Assembly (NCBI GenBank): GCA_965227295.1
Contig: OZ245742.1
Coordinates: 5,696,001-5,760,000 of the forward strand
Length of the DNA stretch: 64,000 nucleotides
Origin: Leptonemataceae bacterium
Lineage (GTDB): Bacteria > Spirochaetota > Leptospiria > Leptospirales > Leptonemataceae
Direction: 5' to 3'
Shown here: positions 49,225 to 58,887 of the stretch, in pieces
Layout of the letters: each line of letters begins with the position of its first letter
Position numbering within the stretch: the first letter of the stretch is position 1
Program-made: the position numbers and the translations under genes
The notes under the pieces: generated by a model
Told to the model about the DNA's origin: nothing
The model's input: only the letters and a program-made list of their open reading frames with translations
The model's database searches: none

Positions 49225-50055
49225 ATGAATCACAAAACCACCGCATTCGTTGACAAACATCCGATGAGCGTATATTTAGCACTGACCTTCGCGCTCGGGT
49301 TGCCCCTGCTCAGCCTGGCCTGCCTGCGTCCCAGCCTGGCGGCTCCGGAGAGCCCGGCAAGCCTGATTCTCTGGATTCCCCTTACCTGGACACCGAATCT
49401 CGCCGCGCTGCTGACCGCGGCCCTCCTCGGACGCGGACACGTTCGGGAAATCCTCGCGGCCTTTGTACGTTTTCGCATCGGCGCCTGGAAGTACGCCGCC
49501 GCGCTGCTTCCGCTCGGCGTCGCCGCAGCAATCATCGCCGCCGCACACATCACCCAAAACACGACGCCCCCACCGCCCGCCTGGCCGATGTTGGTATTTA
49601 CGGCGGTGTTGCATTTGATTCTCGGTCCCCTGGGCGAGGAAGGCGGATGGCGCGGTTTTCTTCTGCCCCGTTGCAATGCGCACTTCGGACCCGCCGCCGG
49701 AGCGCTGATCGTCGGCATCATTTGGGCGCTGTGGCACTTGCCGCTGTGGTGGTTGCCCGCTTCGCCCCAGGCGGCGATCCCGTTCGGCTGGTTCGCACTG
49801 AACGTGGTTTCGTTTTCGATCGTGATGGCCTGGTTGTACCGGCGCTCCCACCGAAGCCTGGTGCCGATGGTTCTCTTTCACTGGGCGATCAACTACGGCG
49901 CGGGCCTCGTAGAGATTTTTACCGGCCTGGAAACCGCGCTGATCTTTCAATACACCGGAGTGATCTACGCCGTGCTCGCACTGCCTGCCATGACGGCGCT
50001 GCTGCGAACGCGTGAACGCGACGTCGCTTTCAGGGGCCGCACGACGGCAACGTAA
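49225..50055 (+). CDS. CPBP (CAAX) family intramembrane metalloprotease
   Basis: GEEGGWRGFLL, WALWHLP, FHWAIN. Confidence 0.9.
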   Translation: MNHKTTAFVDKHPMSVYLALTFALGLPLLSLACLRPSLAAPESPASLILWIPLTWTPNLAALLTAALLGRGHVREILAAFVRFRIGAWKYAAALLPLGVAAAIIAAAHITQNTTPPPPAWPMLVFTAVLHLILGPLGEEGGWRGFLLPRCNAHFGPAAGALIVGIIWALWHLPLWWLPASPQAAIPFGWFALNVVSFSIVMAWLYRRSHRSLVPMVLFHWAINYGAGLVEIFTGLETALIFQYTGVIYAVLALPAMTALLRTRERDVAFRGRTTAT

Positions 50056-50905
50056 ACGCACCGGATGGCCGGCCGCTCTCCGTGTGAAAGGATCGCAGTT
50101 CTCCGGCGCGGCTCCCGCCGGTGACAATGTAGATGCACGATTCTCCCGTGGCGTTCGCACACGGCGCGCGCATGAGTCCGGCCCCGGTGTCCACGTCCGA
50201 AGCGTTCAGGGCCAATCGACGCAGCACACGCCCGCGGTCCACATCGATCCAGAGGAGCGTGCCGCCGTCACCGCTCGCAAAGGCGAAGCGCGCGTCGTCC
50301 AGGCGCAGGACGTCACCCCCGTACAGGTTGGCGTCGATCTTCGCGAGCACCCGACCGCTGACCGCTTCGATGAGCAGTCCTTCGCAGCCCGGTCCGGCGC
50401 CGACACAGTTTCGTACGAACAGGGAATTCTTTAACATGGTAATCGGAGATGCAAACACCGACGCCAGGGGAATCGAGTACTCCCAGACCAGATCGCGGCC
50501 CGGCAAAGAACGCACGCTCACCGGAAGTGCGGCGGCGTCCGTTTCCTGTTCGGCGACGCTTGCGTAGTGCAGAGTGATGGCGTGCGACCCGCTTTCCGTA
50601 TTCAGCTCCACGTCCCCGCGCTGCACCCGGTCATCCCAGGCCGGGGGAAGATCCGTAGCGTCGGCCAGGCGATGGAATTTCCGGGCGGTCGGTAAGAACG
50701 CGAAGCAGCGGCGGTCGTCCGGTACACCGGAAGCCGCGTAGCAAAAGCGCGGTACATCTCCCGACTGCCGCCCGGCCAACCACGCTTGTTCGAAGTTTCG
50801 CGGCAGGCAGGCCGGACTTTCCAGGAGCGGCGCCGCCGGAAAAGCGCAGCCGCCTGCCAACGCCAGTACACTCGCACCCATCCGCAGCATCCCGAAGTAC
50901 TTCAT
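50030..50905 (-). CDS. hypothetical lipoprotein
   Basis: Lipobox-like AGGC; beta-rich and Cys-containing. Confidence 0.5.
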   Translation of the reverse strand: MKYFGMLRMGASVLALAGGCAFPAAPLLESPACLPRNFEQAWLAGRQSGDVPRFCYAASGVPDDRRCFAFLPTARKFHRLADATDLPPAWDDRVQRGDVELNTESGSHAITLHYASVAEQETDAAALPVSVRSLPGRDLVWEYSIPLASVFASPITMLKNSLFVRNCVGAGPGCEGLLIEAVSGRVLAKIDANLYGGDVLRLDDARFAFASGDGGTLLWIDVDRGRVLRRLALNASDVDTGAGLMRAPCANATGESCIYIVTGGSRAGELRSFHTESGRPSGAFTLPSCGP

Positions 50906-50952
50906 CCCAACAGCATCGACGCTCCGCCCGCATTCGTCACGAAGATATCTTC

Positions 50953-50966
50953 TTGATAATAATCAA
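50953..50966 (+). promoter_or_regulatory. FNR-type box
   Basis: Perfect TTGAT-AATA-ATCAA, centred ~40 bp upstream of the ATG at 50999. Confidence 0.75.
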
Positions 50967-50998
50967 TGCTCCGCGTCCGTTCTATGGTAGGATTCCGT

Positions 50999-52369
50999 AT
51001 GAGCACAATCAGTACGCACACCGTCGTAGTGGGAGCGGGCATCGCCGGGCTGACGGCGGCCCGGGAACTTCAGAAGGCCGGACGCGCCGTTGCCGTGGTC
51101 GAGGCCCGGGACCGCGTCGGCGGCCGCAGCACCGAGGGCAGCCTGCTGGGCCGGCCCTTCGATCTCGGCGGGCAGTGGCTCGGCCCCACCCAGCATCGCA
51201 TGATGAAACTCTGCGCGGAGCTGGGCCTTAAGACGTTTCCACAATACATTAGCGGCAAACAGGTCCTCGAAATGAAAGGACGCCTCAGTCGTTACGCCGG
51301 GGTCATTCCGAAACTGCCGATCTTCTCGCTGCTTTCCCTGGACCGCGCCATCAAAACCATCAACCGTCTCGCCGCCGACATCGATGCGGAACGCCCCTGG
51401 AGCCTGCGCGAGGCCGCGGAGTTCGACAAGCTCACCGTCGAAGACTGGATGCGCTCGAACGTCTTCACGGAGCGGGCCCGGGAGTTTTTGCGCATCGCGG
51501 TGCGGGCGATCTGGTCCGCCGAGGCGAACGAAATATCAATGCTCTTTTTTCTAACGTACATTCGGGCCGCCGGCACCCTGGAAACGTTGGGCGACGTCGA
51601 AGGCGCCGCTCAGCAGGATCGCGTGGAAGGCGGCGCCTTTCAAATCGCCCGGCGCCTCGCCGATCAGATCGGACGCGCACACATCCACCTGCGTCAACCG
51701 GTGCGGCGCATCGAACAAAGCGAAGACGGTGTCTCCGTAATTTGCGATGACCTTACCTTAACGGCGGAACACGTCATCGTCGCCCTCTCACCGATCCTGT
51801 GCCTGCGCATCGACTTTTCCCGCGCCTATCCCACGAAACGCGCGAACCTCAGCCGCCGCATGCCCATGGGTTCCGTAACGAAGGTCATTGTCGCTTACGA
51901 GCGCCCGTTCTGGCGCGACGCCGGTCTCGCCGGCATGGTGGTCAGTGACCGCGGGCCGTTCGGGCCGGTCTTCGACGCCTGCGTGCCGGGGGCTCCGGAG
52001 GGATTCCTCGTGGGTTTCCTGGAAGGCGAGGCGGACCGGGTGTTGGCCCTGCGCACGGAGGATGAACGTCGCGCCGCGGTGGTGGATTCCGTCGCGCGCT
52101 ACTTCGGCCCGAAGGGACGTGAGACGCTCGGTTACGTCGAAAAAAACTGGAGCCTCGATGAATGGAGCGGCGGCTGTTACACGGGGGTGATGCTGCCGGG
52201 AACGCTGAGTACGTTCGGCGAGCACTTAAGAAAACCCTTCGGACGCGTGCACTGGGCCGGCACCGAAACGGCCGTGGAGTGGATGGGATACTTCGAAGGC
52301 GCCGCGGAGTCCGGCGAACGCGCGGCGGCGGAGATTCTGAGCCGCACCGCCGCGACACCGGTGCGCTGA
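50999..52369 (+). CDS. flavin monoamine oxidase family protein
   Basis: GAGIAGL, EARDRVGGR, DLGGQW, HWAGTETA..W.GYFEGA.ESG. Confidence 0.92.
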   Translation: MSTISTHTVVVGAGIAGLTAARELQKAGRAVAVVEARDRVGGRSTEGSLLGRPFDLGGQWLGPTQHRMMKLCAELGLKTFPQYISGKQVLEMKGRLSRYAGVIPKLPIFSLLSLDRAIKTINRLAADIDAERPWSLREAAEFDKLTVEDWMRSNVFTERAREFLRIAVRAIWSAEANEISMLFFLTYIRAAGTLETLGDVEGAAQQDRVEGGAFQIARRLADQIGRAHIHLRQPVRRIEQSEDGVSVICDDLTLTAEHVIVALSPILCLRIDFSRAYPTKRANLSRRMPMGSVTKVIVAYERPFWRDAGLAGMVVSDRGPFGPVFDACVPGAPEGFLVGFLEGEADRVLALRTEDERRAAVVDSVARYFGPKGRETLGYVEKNWSLDEWSGGCYTGVMLPGTLSTFGEHLRKPFGRVHWAGTETAVEWMGYFEGAAESGERAAAEILSRTAATPVR

Positions 52370-52993
52370 ATGTACTTGCCGGCTCATCGTCCTCATACTC
52401 TGCTGAGAGGCGAGGACGATGCGGTGGAGTTACTCGAATATTTTGCACGCTTCCAGCAACTCGATGCGGAAGATGTAGAGGCCATCCGGCGCTGTTCGCA
52501 GGAATTCCGCATCCGGCGCGGCGATCACCTCGCGGCCCTGGACGAGGTCGCAAACGATTTCTACTTTCTGCACACGGGCATCGGGCGCTCGTACTATCTT
52601 TTAAATGACCGCGAGGTCACGAGCTGGCTCGCCTTCGAAGGGCAACTCACCGCGGCCTTCGCGAGCATGGTCACCGGCGAACCCACGATCGAGGCCGTGC
52701 AGATGATTGAAGACGGGCACGTAACGGCCCTGAACTACCGCCGCCTGGTGGACGAAGGCGAACGACGACCCAACATTCTAAAGCTTTCGTTGCGCCTGCT
52801 GGAACTGAACTTCCTTCGCATGGAACGACGCGCCTATACCCTTCAGTGCACCTCCGCCGGGGAACGCCTGCGCATCTTACTCGACGATGAACCGCACGTA
52901 CTCGAACGCGTGCCGCATTTCCAGGTGGCGAGTTACCTGGGCATCACTCCGGAAACGTTAAGCAGAATCCGCTCGAAAATGTTTCAGGCCTGA
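52370..52993 (+). CDS. Crp/Fnr family transcriptional regulator
   Basis: cNMP-binding fold plus ASYLGITPETLSRIR HTH. Confidence 0.9.
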   Translation: MYLPAHRPHTLLRGEDDAVELLEYFARFQQLDAEDVEAIRRCSQEFRIRRGDHLAALDEVANDFYFLHTGIGRSYYLLNDREVTSWLAFEGQLTAAFASMVTGEPTIEAVQMIEDGHVTALNYRRLVDEGERRPNILKLSLRLLELNFLRMERRAYTLQCTSAGERLRILLDDEPHVLERVPHFQVASYLGITPETLSRIRSKMFQA

Positions 52994-54525
52994 GCCGCGG
53001 CGCGTACCCGTTCCAGGATTTCCGCGGCGGATCGTTCACCGGACTCCAGAGCGCCCTCGATGTAGCTGCGCCACTCTCGCGCGGTTTCCGTACCGGCGAA
53101 GTGCACCCGCCCGTGCGGACGGCTGAGCGCGTCGGCGCTACTCCAATCACCGATGCCGCGACGGCCCGCGTATCCACCGAGGGTCAGCGGGTCCGTCGAC
53201 CAATCGTGAGAGAACCCATCGAGCAACGGGGCCCCGGCATCACCGAGGGTTTTGCGCACGGTATCTTCAAAGGCCGTCTGCTTCGTGTGCAGGTCCGCGC
53301 CGATGAGGGCGTCGGCGCGAGGCCCGCCCACGAGCCCGGCCAGGATTCCCGGGCCTGTCTGCCCGGCGTCACTGCGATCCGCCCGCCGGCCGTCGAAGCT
53401 CGTATCGCCCAGATAATCGAAGGCCAGGTCCGTTCCGATGACCTTGCCGCTGAGCCCGCGCTCCCGCCACCAGGGCTTAGCATATACTCCGATGAACTTA
53501 ACAATCCGGCCCCGCTGGAATCCTGCGCTAAGCCGCTTGCGCTCTTCCGGCCAATCCGGCGTACAGCGAATCCCGCCGACCACCGGCGGCGGAACGGCCA
53601 CGATGACGAAGCGCGAGCGAAACGAACCCCGGGGCGTGCGCAAACGAACGCCGGCCCCGTCCTGTACCAGGCCGGAAACGGGATGATGGAACTTCACAAC
53701 GCCCGGCATTTCCGCGCTCATCTTCTCGAAGATCGACATGAGCCCCTCGCGAACGTACATGGCGTCCGCGACTTCCAGGGCCTCTACGCTGCCCCCTTCC
53801 ATCGTGGCGAATTGTTCGAACAACTCGTAGGCGGATACCCGGCTCAGGTCCGTACACATGGCCTGCTCGACGAACGCATCCCAGAACGAGCCGGCCTTAC
53901 CGGACCAGGCCCGTTCCTCGAACCATTGCCGCGCGCTGATGGAATCGAAACGCTTGACCATTACTGGATTGGAGCGGCCGGGCGTAATGTCTCCGGCATG
54001 GCGCTGTAGAAGGCCGGACAGGCGCAACGCATCCAGGCCGGCCCAGAATGAGAGGTCCACGCCGCCGTCATCGAGGAGCACGCGGCGTCCGGCCTGGCGA
54101 CAGACCGTGCTTCCCACGGAATGATTTTCATACGTGGTCAGTCCGTAGCGGCGCACGAGATTCATCAGGCGATCCTGGCCCAGGGCGCCGATCCATTGCG
54201 CGCCGAATTCAATGTGACTGCCGTCGCCCAGATCGCGGCTGAATACCCGGCCGCCCACGCGATTCCGTGCTTCGAGAACGAGCACCCGAAGGCCGGCTTC
54301 GCGCAACGTCCAGGCGGCGGAAAGGCCCGCGGGCCCGCCACCGATGACGATTACATCCGCGTCGAAACGCGAGTCCCGGGGAAGATGGACTGTGCCAGGA
54401 TCGGCCGACGGCGCGGCAGGCGAAGATCGCAACGGTTTGCCCGTGATTGCGACAGCGCCGGTGACGGCCGCGAGTTTGAGGAAGGTCTTGCGATGAAGGA
54501 GATCGGAGCGGTTGCGTTGAATCAT
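52984..54525 (-). CDS. flavin monoamine oxidase family protein with Tat-like signal
   Basis: HRKTFLK leader; GGGPAGL, EARNRVGGR, HFAGTETA..W.SYIEGALESG. Confidence 0.88.
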   Translation of the reverse strand: MIQRNRSDLLHRKTFLKLAAVTGAVAITGKPLRSSPAAPSADPGTVHLPRDSRFDADVIVIGGGPAGLSAAWTLREAGLRVLVLEARNRVGGRVFSRDLGDGSHIEFGAQWIGALGQDRLMNLVRRYGLTTYENHSVGSTVCRQAGRRVLLDDGGVDLSFWAGLDALRLSGLLQRHAGDITPGRSNPVMVKRFDSISARQWFEERAWSGKAGSFWDAFVEQAMCTDLSRVSAYELFEQFATMEGGSVEALEVADAMYVREGLMSIFEKMSAEMPGVVKFHHPVSGLVQDGAGVRLRTPRGSFRSRFVIVAVPPPVVGGIRCTPDWPEERKRLSAGFQRGRIVKFIGVYAKPWWRERGLSGKVIGTDLAFDYLGDTSFDGRRADRSDAGQTGPGILAGLVGGPRADALIGADLHTKQTAFEDTVRKTLGDAGAPLLDGFSHDWSTDPLTLGGYAGRRGIGDWSSADALSRPHGRVHFAGTETAREWRSYIEGALESGERSAAEILERVRAAAQA

Positions 54526-54558
54526 GCCTTTAGTTTACATGATGCAACGCAACCTTCC

Positions 54559-54572
54559 TTGATGGATGTCAA
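54559..54572 (-). promoter_or_regulatory. FNR-type box
   Basis: Minus strand TTGAC-ATCC-ATCAA, centred ~40 bp upstream of the ATG at 54525. Confidence 0.7.
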
Positions 54573-54583
54573 AAACGCCAGGC

Positions 54584-56359
54584 TCAGCCCCGGGCGATCT
54601 TACTCGTCCGCACCAATCGGCCCGGACGCGCGCCGGTAAGCTGATCGTTCTCGATGACCGGCACGCCGGAGACCAGCGTCGCGATGTAACCTTCCACGCC
54701 CTGGAGCAAACGCTGCCCGCCGGCCGGCAGATCCTGGACCATGCGCGGCGCTTTCAAATGCAACGCGTCGTAGTTGATGACGTTGATGTCGGCCTTCTTG
54801 CCGGGCACGAGGACACCGCGATCGCTGTACCCCATATGCGCGGCGGTGTCGTGGGTGATCATGCGCACCGCGGTTTCGAGATCCATCTTCGGTCCGCGTT
54901 CGCGGTCCCGGGTCCAGTAGGAAATCAGATACGTCCAGAACGAGGCGTCGCAAACGGTACCGACGTGGGCGCCGCCGTCCGAGAGCCCGGGGATCGATTG
55001 CGGATGCCGCATCATCTTCAGTACGTTTTCGTAAGAGAACTCGGTGTAGTTGTAGATCGGAAAGTAGATCAGCGCCTTGCCGTCTTCTTTTAACATGGTA
55101 TCGTAAACGAGTTCCAGCGGCGCCATGCCGCGGCCCTTCGCCTGCGCCCCGATACTGCGTTCCATGGGTTGTTCGTAGTCGGGATCCTCGCCGAGCTCGA
55201 ACAACTTAAAGGCGAGTTGGTCAATCTGTGCCAGGAACTTGTCGACGAGCGGCGGAATCGGCGTGCCGTCACCGGCCAGTTGCGCGCTCTTTTCTTCGAT
55301 GATCTTCTTACGCAGTTCCGGATCGCGCATCTTCGCGACGCGTTCGGACAGCGGCAGGCCGGCGATGGCCTGGTAGGACGGCTTGCCCATGAACGGATGA
55401 AACGTGCACTGCAATCCCAGGTTCACGCCGATGGCGCGCGGGGCCACCTGAAACCGGAAGTTCAGACCGCGAGCGTGGGCGTCTTCGCCCTTTTTCAGAA
55501 TGCGCTGCCAGAGATCCGGCCAGAAGTCGCGTTGATTCAACGATAGCGAGAACGGACGGCCGCCGGCGGCGGCGACGAAACGTTCCAGAATCTCGAACTC
55601 TTTGTCGAAGAGTTCGTTGGTGCGCTCCATGTCGAAGTCCGACACCGCCTGGATTACCCCGTAACTTCTGTTCGCAAACACCGAGGCAAGTTCGGTTAGT
55701 TCTTCAATGCTCGCCTCGGAGGCCGGCGTCCAGTTGCCCGAGGCCGAACGATGGACGTCGCTGCGCCCGGTGGTGAAACCCGCGGCGCCGGCGTCCAGGG
55801 ACTCGGCGAGCAAGGCCTTCATTTTCTTGAGGTCGTCTTCATTCGCGGGGCTCTGATCGAGGGCGCGCTCGCGCATGACGTACACCCGCAACGCATCGTG
55901 CGGGACCTGAGCCGCAAAGTCGATGGCGTGCGGCATGGCGTCGAGCGCGTCCATGTACTCCGGGAAACTTTCCCATTGCCAGTTGATGCCCTCGGCCAGG
56001 GCCGCGCCGGGAATGTCCTCGACGCCTTCCATGAGGTCGATCAGCCGATCGCGGTCGTCCTTGTGCACCGGCGCAAAACCCACGCCGCAGGAACCCATGA
56101 CCGCCGTCGTGGTCCCGTGGTTCACCGACGGTGAGAACTGCTCGTCCCAGGAGACCTGGCCGTCGTAGTGCGTGTGCACGTCCACGAATCCCGGCGTCAC
56201 CACGGCCCCGCTCGCATCGATGGTGCGATCCGCGTCGCCGTTCAGGCTGCCGATTTCGGCGATTTTCCCGTCTTTGATGCCGATGTCGGCCGTGTAGCGG
56301 TCTTTGCCGCTGCCGTCGACGATGGTGCCGCCGGTGATTTTTACGTCGTACTTGCTCAT
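54584..56359 (-). CDS. N-acyl-D-amino-acid deacylase family amidohydrolase
   Basis: PGFVDVHTHYD, GSCGVGFAP, SDGGAH, G...PGKKADIN. Confidence 0.88.
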   Translation of the reverse strand: MSKYDVKITGGTIVDGSGKDRYTADIGIKDGKIAEIGSLNGDADRTIDASGAVVTPGFVDVHTHYDGQVSWDEQFSPSVNHGTTTAVMGSCGVGFAPVHKDDRDRLIDLMEGVEDIPGAALAEGINWQWESFPEYMDALDAMPHAIDFAAQVPHDALRVYVMRERALDQSPANEDDLKKMKALLAESLDAGAAGFTTGRSDVHRSASGNWTPASEASIEELTELASVFANRSYGVIQAVSDFDMERTNELFDKEFEILERFVAAAGGRPFSLSLNQRDFWPDLWQRILKKGEDAHARGLNFRFQVAPRAIGVNLGLQCTFHPFMGKPSYQAIAGLPLSERVAKMRDPELRKKIIEEKSAQLAGDGTPIPPLVDKFLAQIDQLAFKLFELGEDPDYEQPMERSIGAQAKGRGMAPLELVYDTMLKEDGKALIYFPIYNYTEFSYENVLKMMRHPQSIPGLSDGGAHVGTVCDASFWTYLISYWTRDRERGPKMDLETAVRMITHDTAAHMGYSDRGVLVPGKKADINVINYDALHLKAPRMVQDLPAGGQRLLQGVEGYIATLVSGVPVIENDQLTGARPGRLVRTSKIARG

Positions 56360-56730
56360 GACTGCTTCCCCCTCCGCGCCGCCCGCGGAATGAATGTTCA
56401 TACAGGCATGTATGATTCTGCCTGGCAAGCGTTTTTTGTTACAATATTGAAATGCAGGAACTCCTACAAAGGCCGGAGAAACCGGGGCGGAAACTCAGAA
56501 GACGATGTTTTTCTGGGCGCATCGCCGCCAGAGCGGCGACCGGGCTTTCCAGGGCTCCGCTATCGGCCAGTGGGGAACATCTACCGCGGCGCCGACGAGC
56601 GGCGCCTTGCTGGTCCCCGCTTCGCGGTGACTCGCGGCTAACGCCGCGACCCTTCCAATCCCTTGCGCGAAGAGCCGTTAAACTGCGCCTGGAGTTGACA
56701 CACGGGAGCGCAACAGATCATCTCGCGACG

Positions 56731-58326
56731 ATGCACCGCCCCGTCTATCTTGCCGCCGCCGTTCCGGCTCTCATCAAACTCGGCCTGCACCTCTACGCGA
56801 TCCAGGCCTACGGCTACTTCATCGATGAGTTCTACTACCTGGCCTGCGCCGCCCGGCCGGACTTCGGTTACGTCGATCACCCGCCTCTGGCCGCCTGGTT
56901 CCTCGGCCTGGTCGTCACGATCTTCGGCGACAGCCTGATCGCCATCCGCCTGCCCGTCGCCCTGGCCGGAGCGGCCACCGTTTTTCTCACGGGCATCATC
57001 GCCGCACGCCTGTATACGCACGGCGAGGTCGGTCGACCGGGCGCGACCTTCGCGGCCCTGCTGGCGTCCGTCGCCGCGCTGATTGCGCCGATCTACCTGG
57101 GCATCAATAAGTTCTACTCGCCGAACTCTTACGAAATCCTTTTGTGGACCACGGCAGTCTATGTGCTCCTGAATATTCGGCAACAGGATGATGCGCCGGC
57201 CGGCAAAGCCGGCGAACGGCGGCTCCGGGACTGGTTCGCGCTGGGCGTTGTCCTCGGCCTGGGCTTGCAGAACAAACACTCGTTTCTGTTTCTCGGCTTC
57301 GGCATCGCCGCGGGCCTGCTCGTAACTTCTGCTCGCCGCACATTAAAGACGCCCGGCCCGTATCTCGCCGCCGCTGTCGCCGGGCTGATCTTTCTGCCGC
57401 ACCTGCTCTGGCAATTCGCCTACGGCGGGCCGACCCTGGAGTTCATGGCCAACGCCCGGGCCTACAAGAACTACTTCGATCCCGTGGACTTCGTCACCGG
57501 CCAGATCCTGGAGATGCACCCGCTGCTGTTACCGCTCTGGCTCGCCGGACTCGCGTATTTCTTCTTCACCCGGCGCGGCCGGCCGTTTCGATTGTTCGGC
57601 TGGATCTACGTCGCCCTCTTCGCCCTGTTCATGATCACGGGCGGCAAGACCTACTACCTCTCCCCGGCCTATCCGGTCCTTCTCGCGGGCGGGGCGTGTC
57701 TGCTGGCGGGTTGGCTCGCGAATACCGCGCCGACCCTGCGGATTAGCCTCCAGCCACTAACGATTACTCTTATGCTCCTTGCCGGAGCCGTGCTCGCGCC
57801 GCTCAGTCTTCCGTTGCTGTCTCCCGAACGTTACATCGCCTACGAACAATGGCTGGGCCTCGCGCCGCCGAAGCTGGAAAAGAATTCCGGCGGAAAGCTC
57901 CCGCAGCATTTTTCGGACATGTTCGGCTGGCAGGAACTCGCCGCCGGCATGCAGCGCGCCCACGCCGCCGTCGCCGACAACCACGACGGCGATCTTTTGA
58001 TCTTCACCGTGAACTACGGCCAGGCCGGAGCCCTCGAACATCATCTGCCGAAAGATTTTCCGGTACCCGTTCTTTCGGCGCACAACAATTACTATTACTG
58101 GGGACGCGAATTCTTCGCGCAACATCCGGAGCAGGAATTCACGGCCGCCCTGGTGTCGGGCTACAGCGCGGAGCGATTGCGCAAATACTTCGCAGAAGTC
58201 CGCGTCGTGGAAACGGTGTCGTGTGAGTACTGCCGGGAAGGCCGCATCCATTTGAAAATACACTACGCGACGAAACCGAAACAGCCCATGCGCGAAATCT
58301 TCGAACAAGCGCGGCGCTTCATCTAA
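56731..58326 (+). CDS. GT-C fold glycosyltransferase (family 39/PMT_2-like)
   Basis: DEFYY, GYVDHPPL, many TM segments, NYGQAGAL. Confidence 0.85.
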   Translation: MHRPVYLAAAVPALIKLGLHLYAIQAYGYFIDEFYYLACAARPDFGYVDHPPLAAWFLGLVVTIFGDSLIAIRLPVALAGAATVFLTGIIAARLYTHGEVGRPGATFAALLASVAALIAPIYLGINKFYSPNSYEILLWTTAVYVLLNIRQQDDAPAGKAGERRLRDWFALGVVLGLGLQNKHSFLFLGFGIAAGLLVTSARRTLKTPGPYLAAAVAGLIFLPHLLWQFAYGGPTLEFMANARAYKNYFDPVDFVTGQILEMHPLLLPLWLAGLAYFFFTRRGRPFRLFGWIYVALFALFMITGGKTYYLSPAYPVLLAGGACLLAGWLANTAPTLRISLQPLTITLMLLAGAVLAPLSLPLLSPERYIAYEQWLGLAPPKLEKNSGGKLPQHFSDMFGWQELAAGMQRAHAAVADNHDGDLLIFTVNYGQAGALEHHLPKDFPVPVLSAHNNYYYWGREFFAQHPEQEFTAALVSGYSAERLRKYFAEVRVVETVSCEYCREGRIHLKIHYATKPKQPMREIFEQARRFI

Positions 58327-58343
58327 GAAATCATCTCAAAACC

Positions 58344-58760
58344 ATGCATGAGACCCAACGAACATCAGACGGCGGCAGCGCCCGCACACTCTTGATCGCG
58401 GCAGGCATTGCCACGGCGATTGTCGCGCCGATTTGCGCGGCCCTGGTGGGATTGATCACGTTCGCCCTGGCGGCCCTCCCTGCTGCGGAAATCGGCATGG
58501 AAGGCGCCGTCGTCGCCGCGCTGATGGCGCTCTTGATCTTCGCAGGATTGCCGGCCATCGCGCTGGGCTACGGCGTCTTTGCATACCGCGCCGGGCAGTA
58601 CCGGCCGGCGTTCGTCAGCGCCATCATCGCCCTGATCACGGCCGCACTGCCGGCCACGCTGTTGTTCGTGCTGAGTTTCGGCATCGGCCTGTTTTTTACG
58701 CCGGCATCCGAAGAACTGCCGCTACGACCGCCACCGCCGGAATTGCAGGCCCCACCGTAA
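58344..58760 (+). CDS. hypothetical membrane protein
   Basis: Three hydrophobic segments and a Pro-rich tail. Confidence 0.6.
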   Translation: MHETQRTSDGGSARTLLIAAGIATAIVAPICAALVGLITFALAALPAAEIGMEGAVVAALMALLIFAGLPAIALGYGVFAYRAGQYRPAFVSAIIALITAALPATLLFVLSFGIGLFFTPASEELPLRPPPPELQAPP

Positions 58761-58887
58761 GATCGAACCATATTCAGTTACAACGCCGCTTCGGTTGTCC
58801 GGCCTCAGTCACGCGGCGCGCTTCACAATGGAACGAGGAATGTCCGGGCTATCCGGATGCGGAGTCACCGCACAAAAAGTCCGGAAC

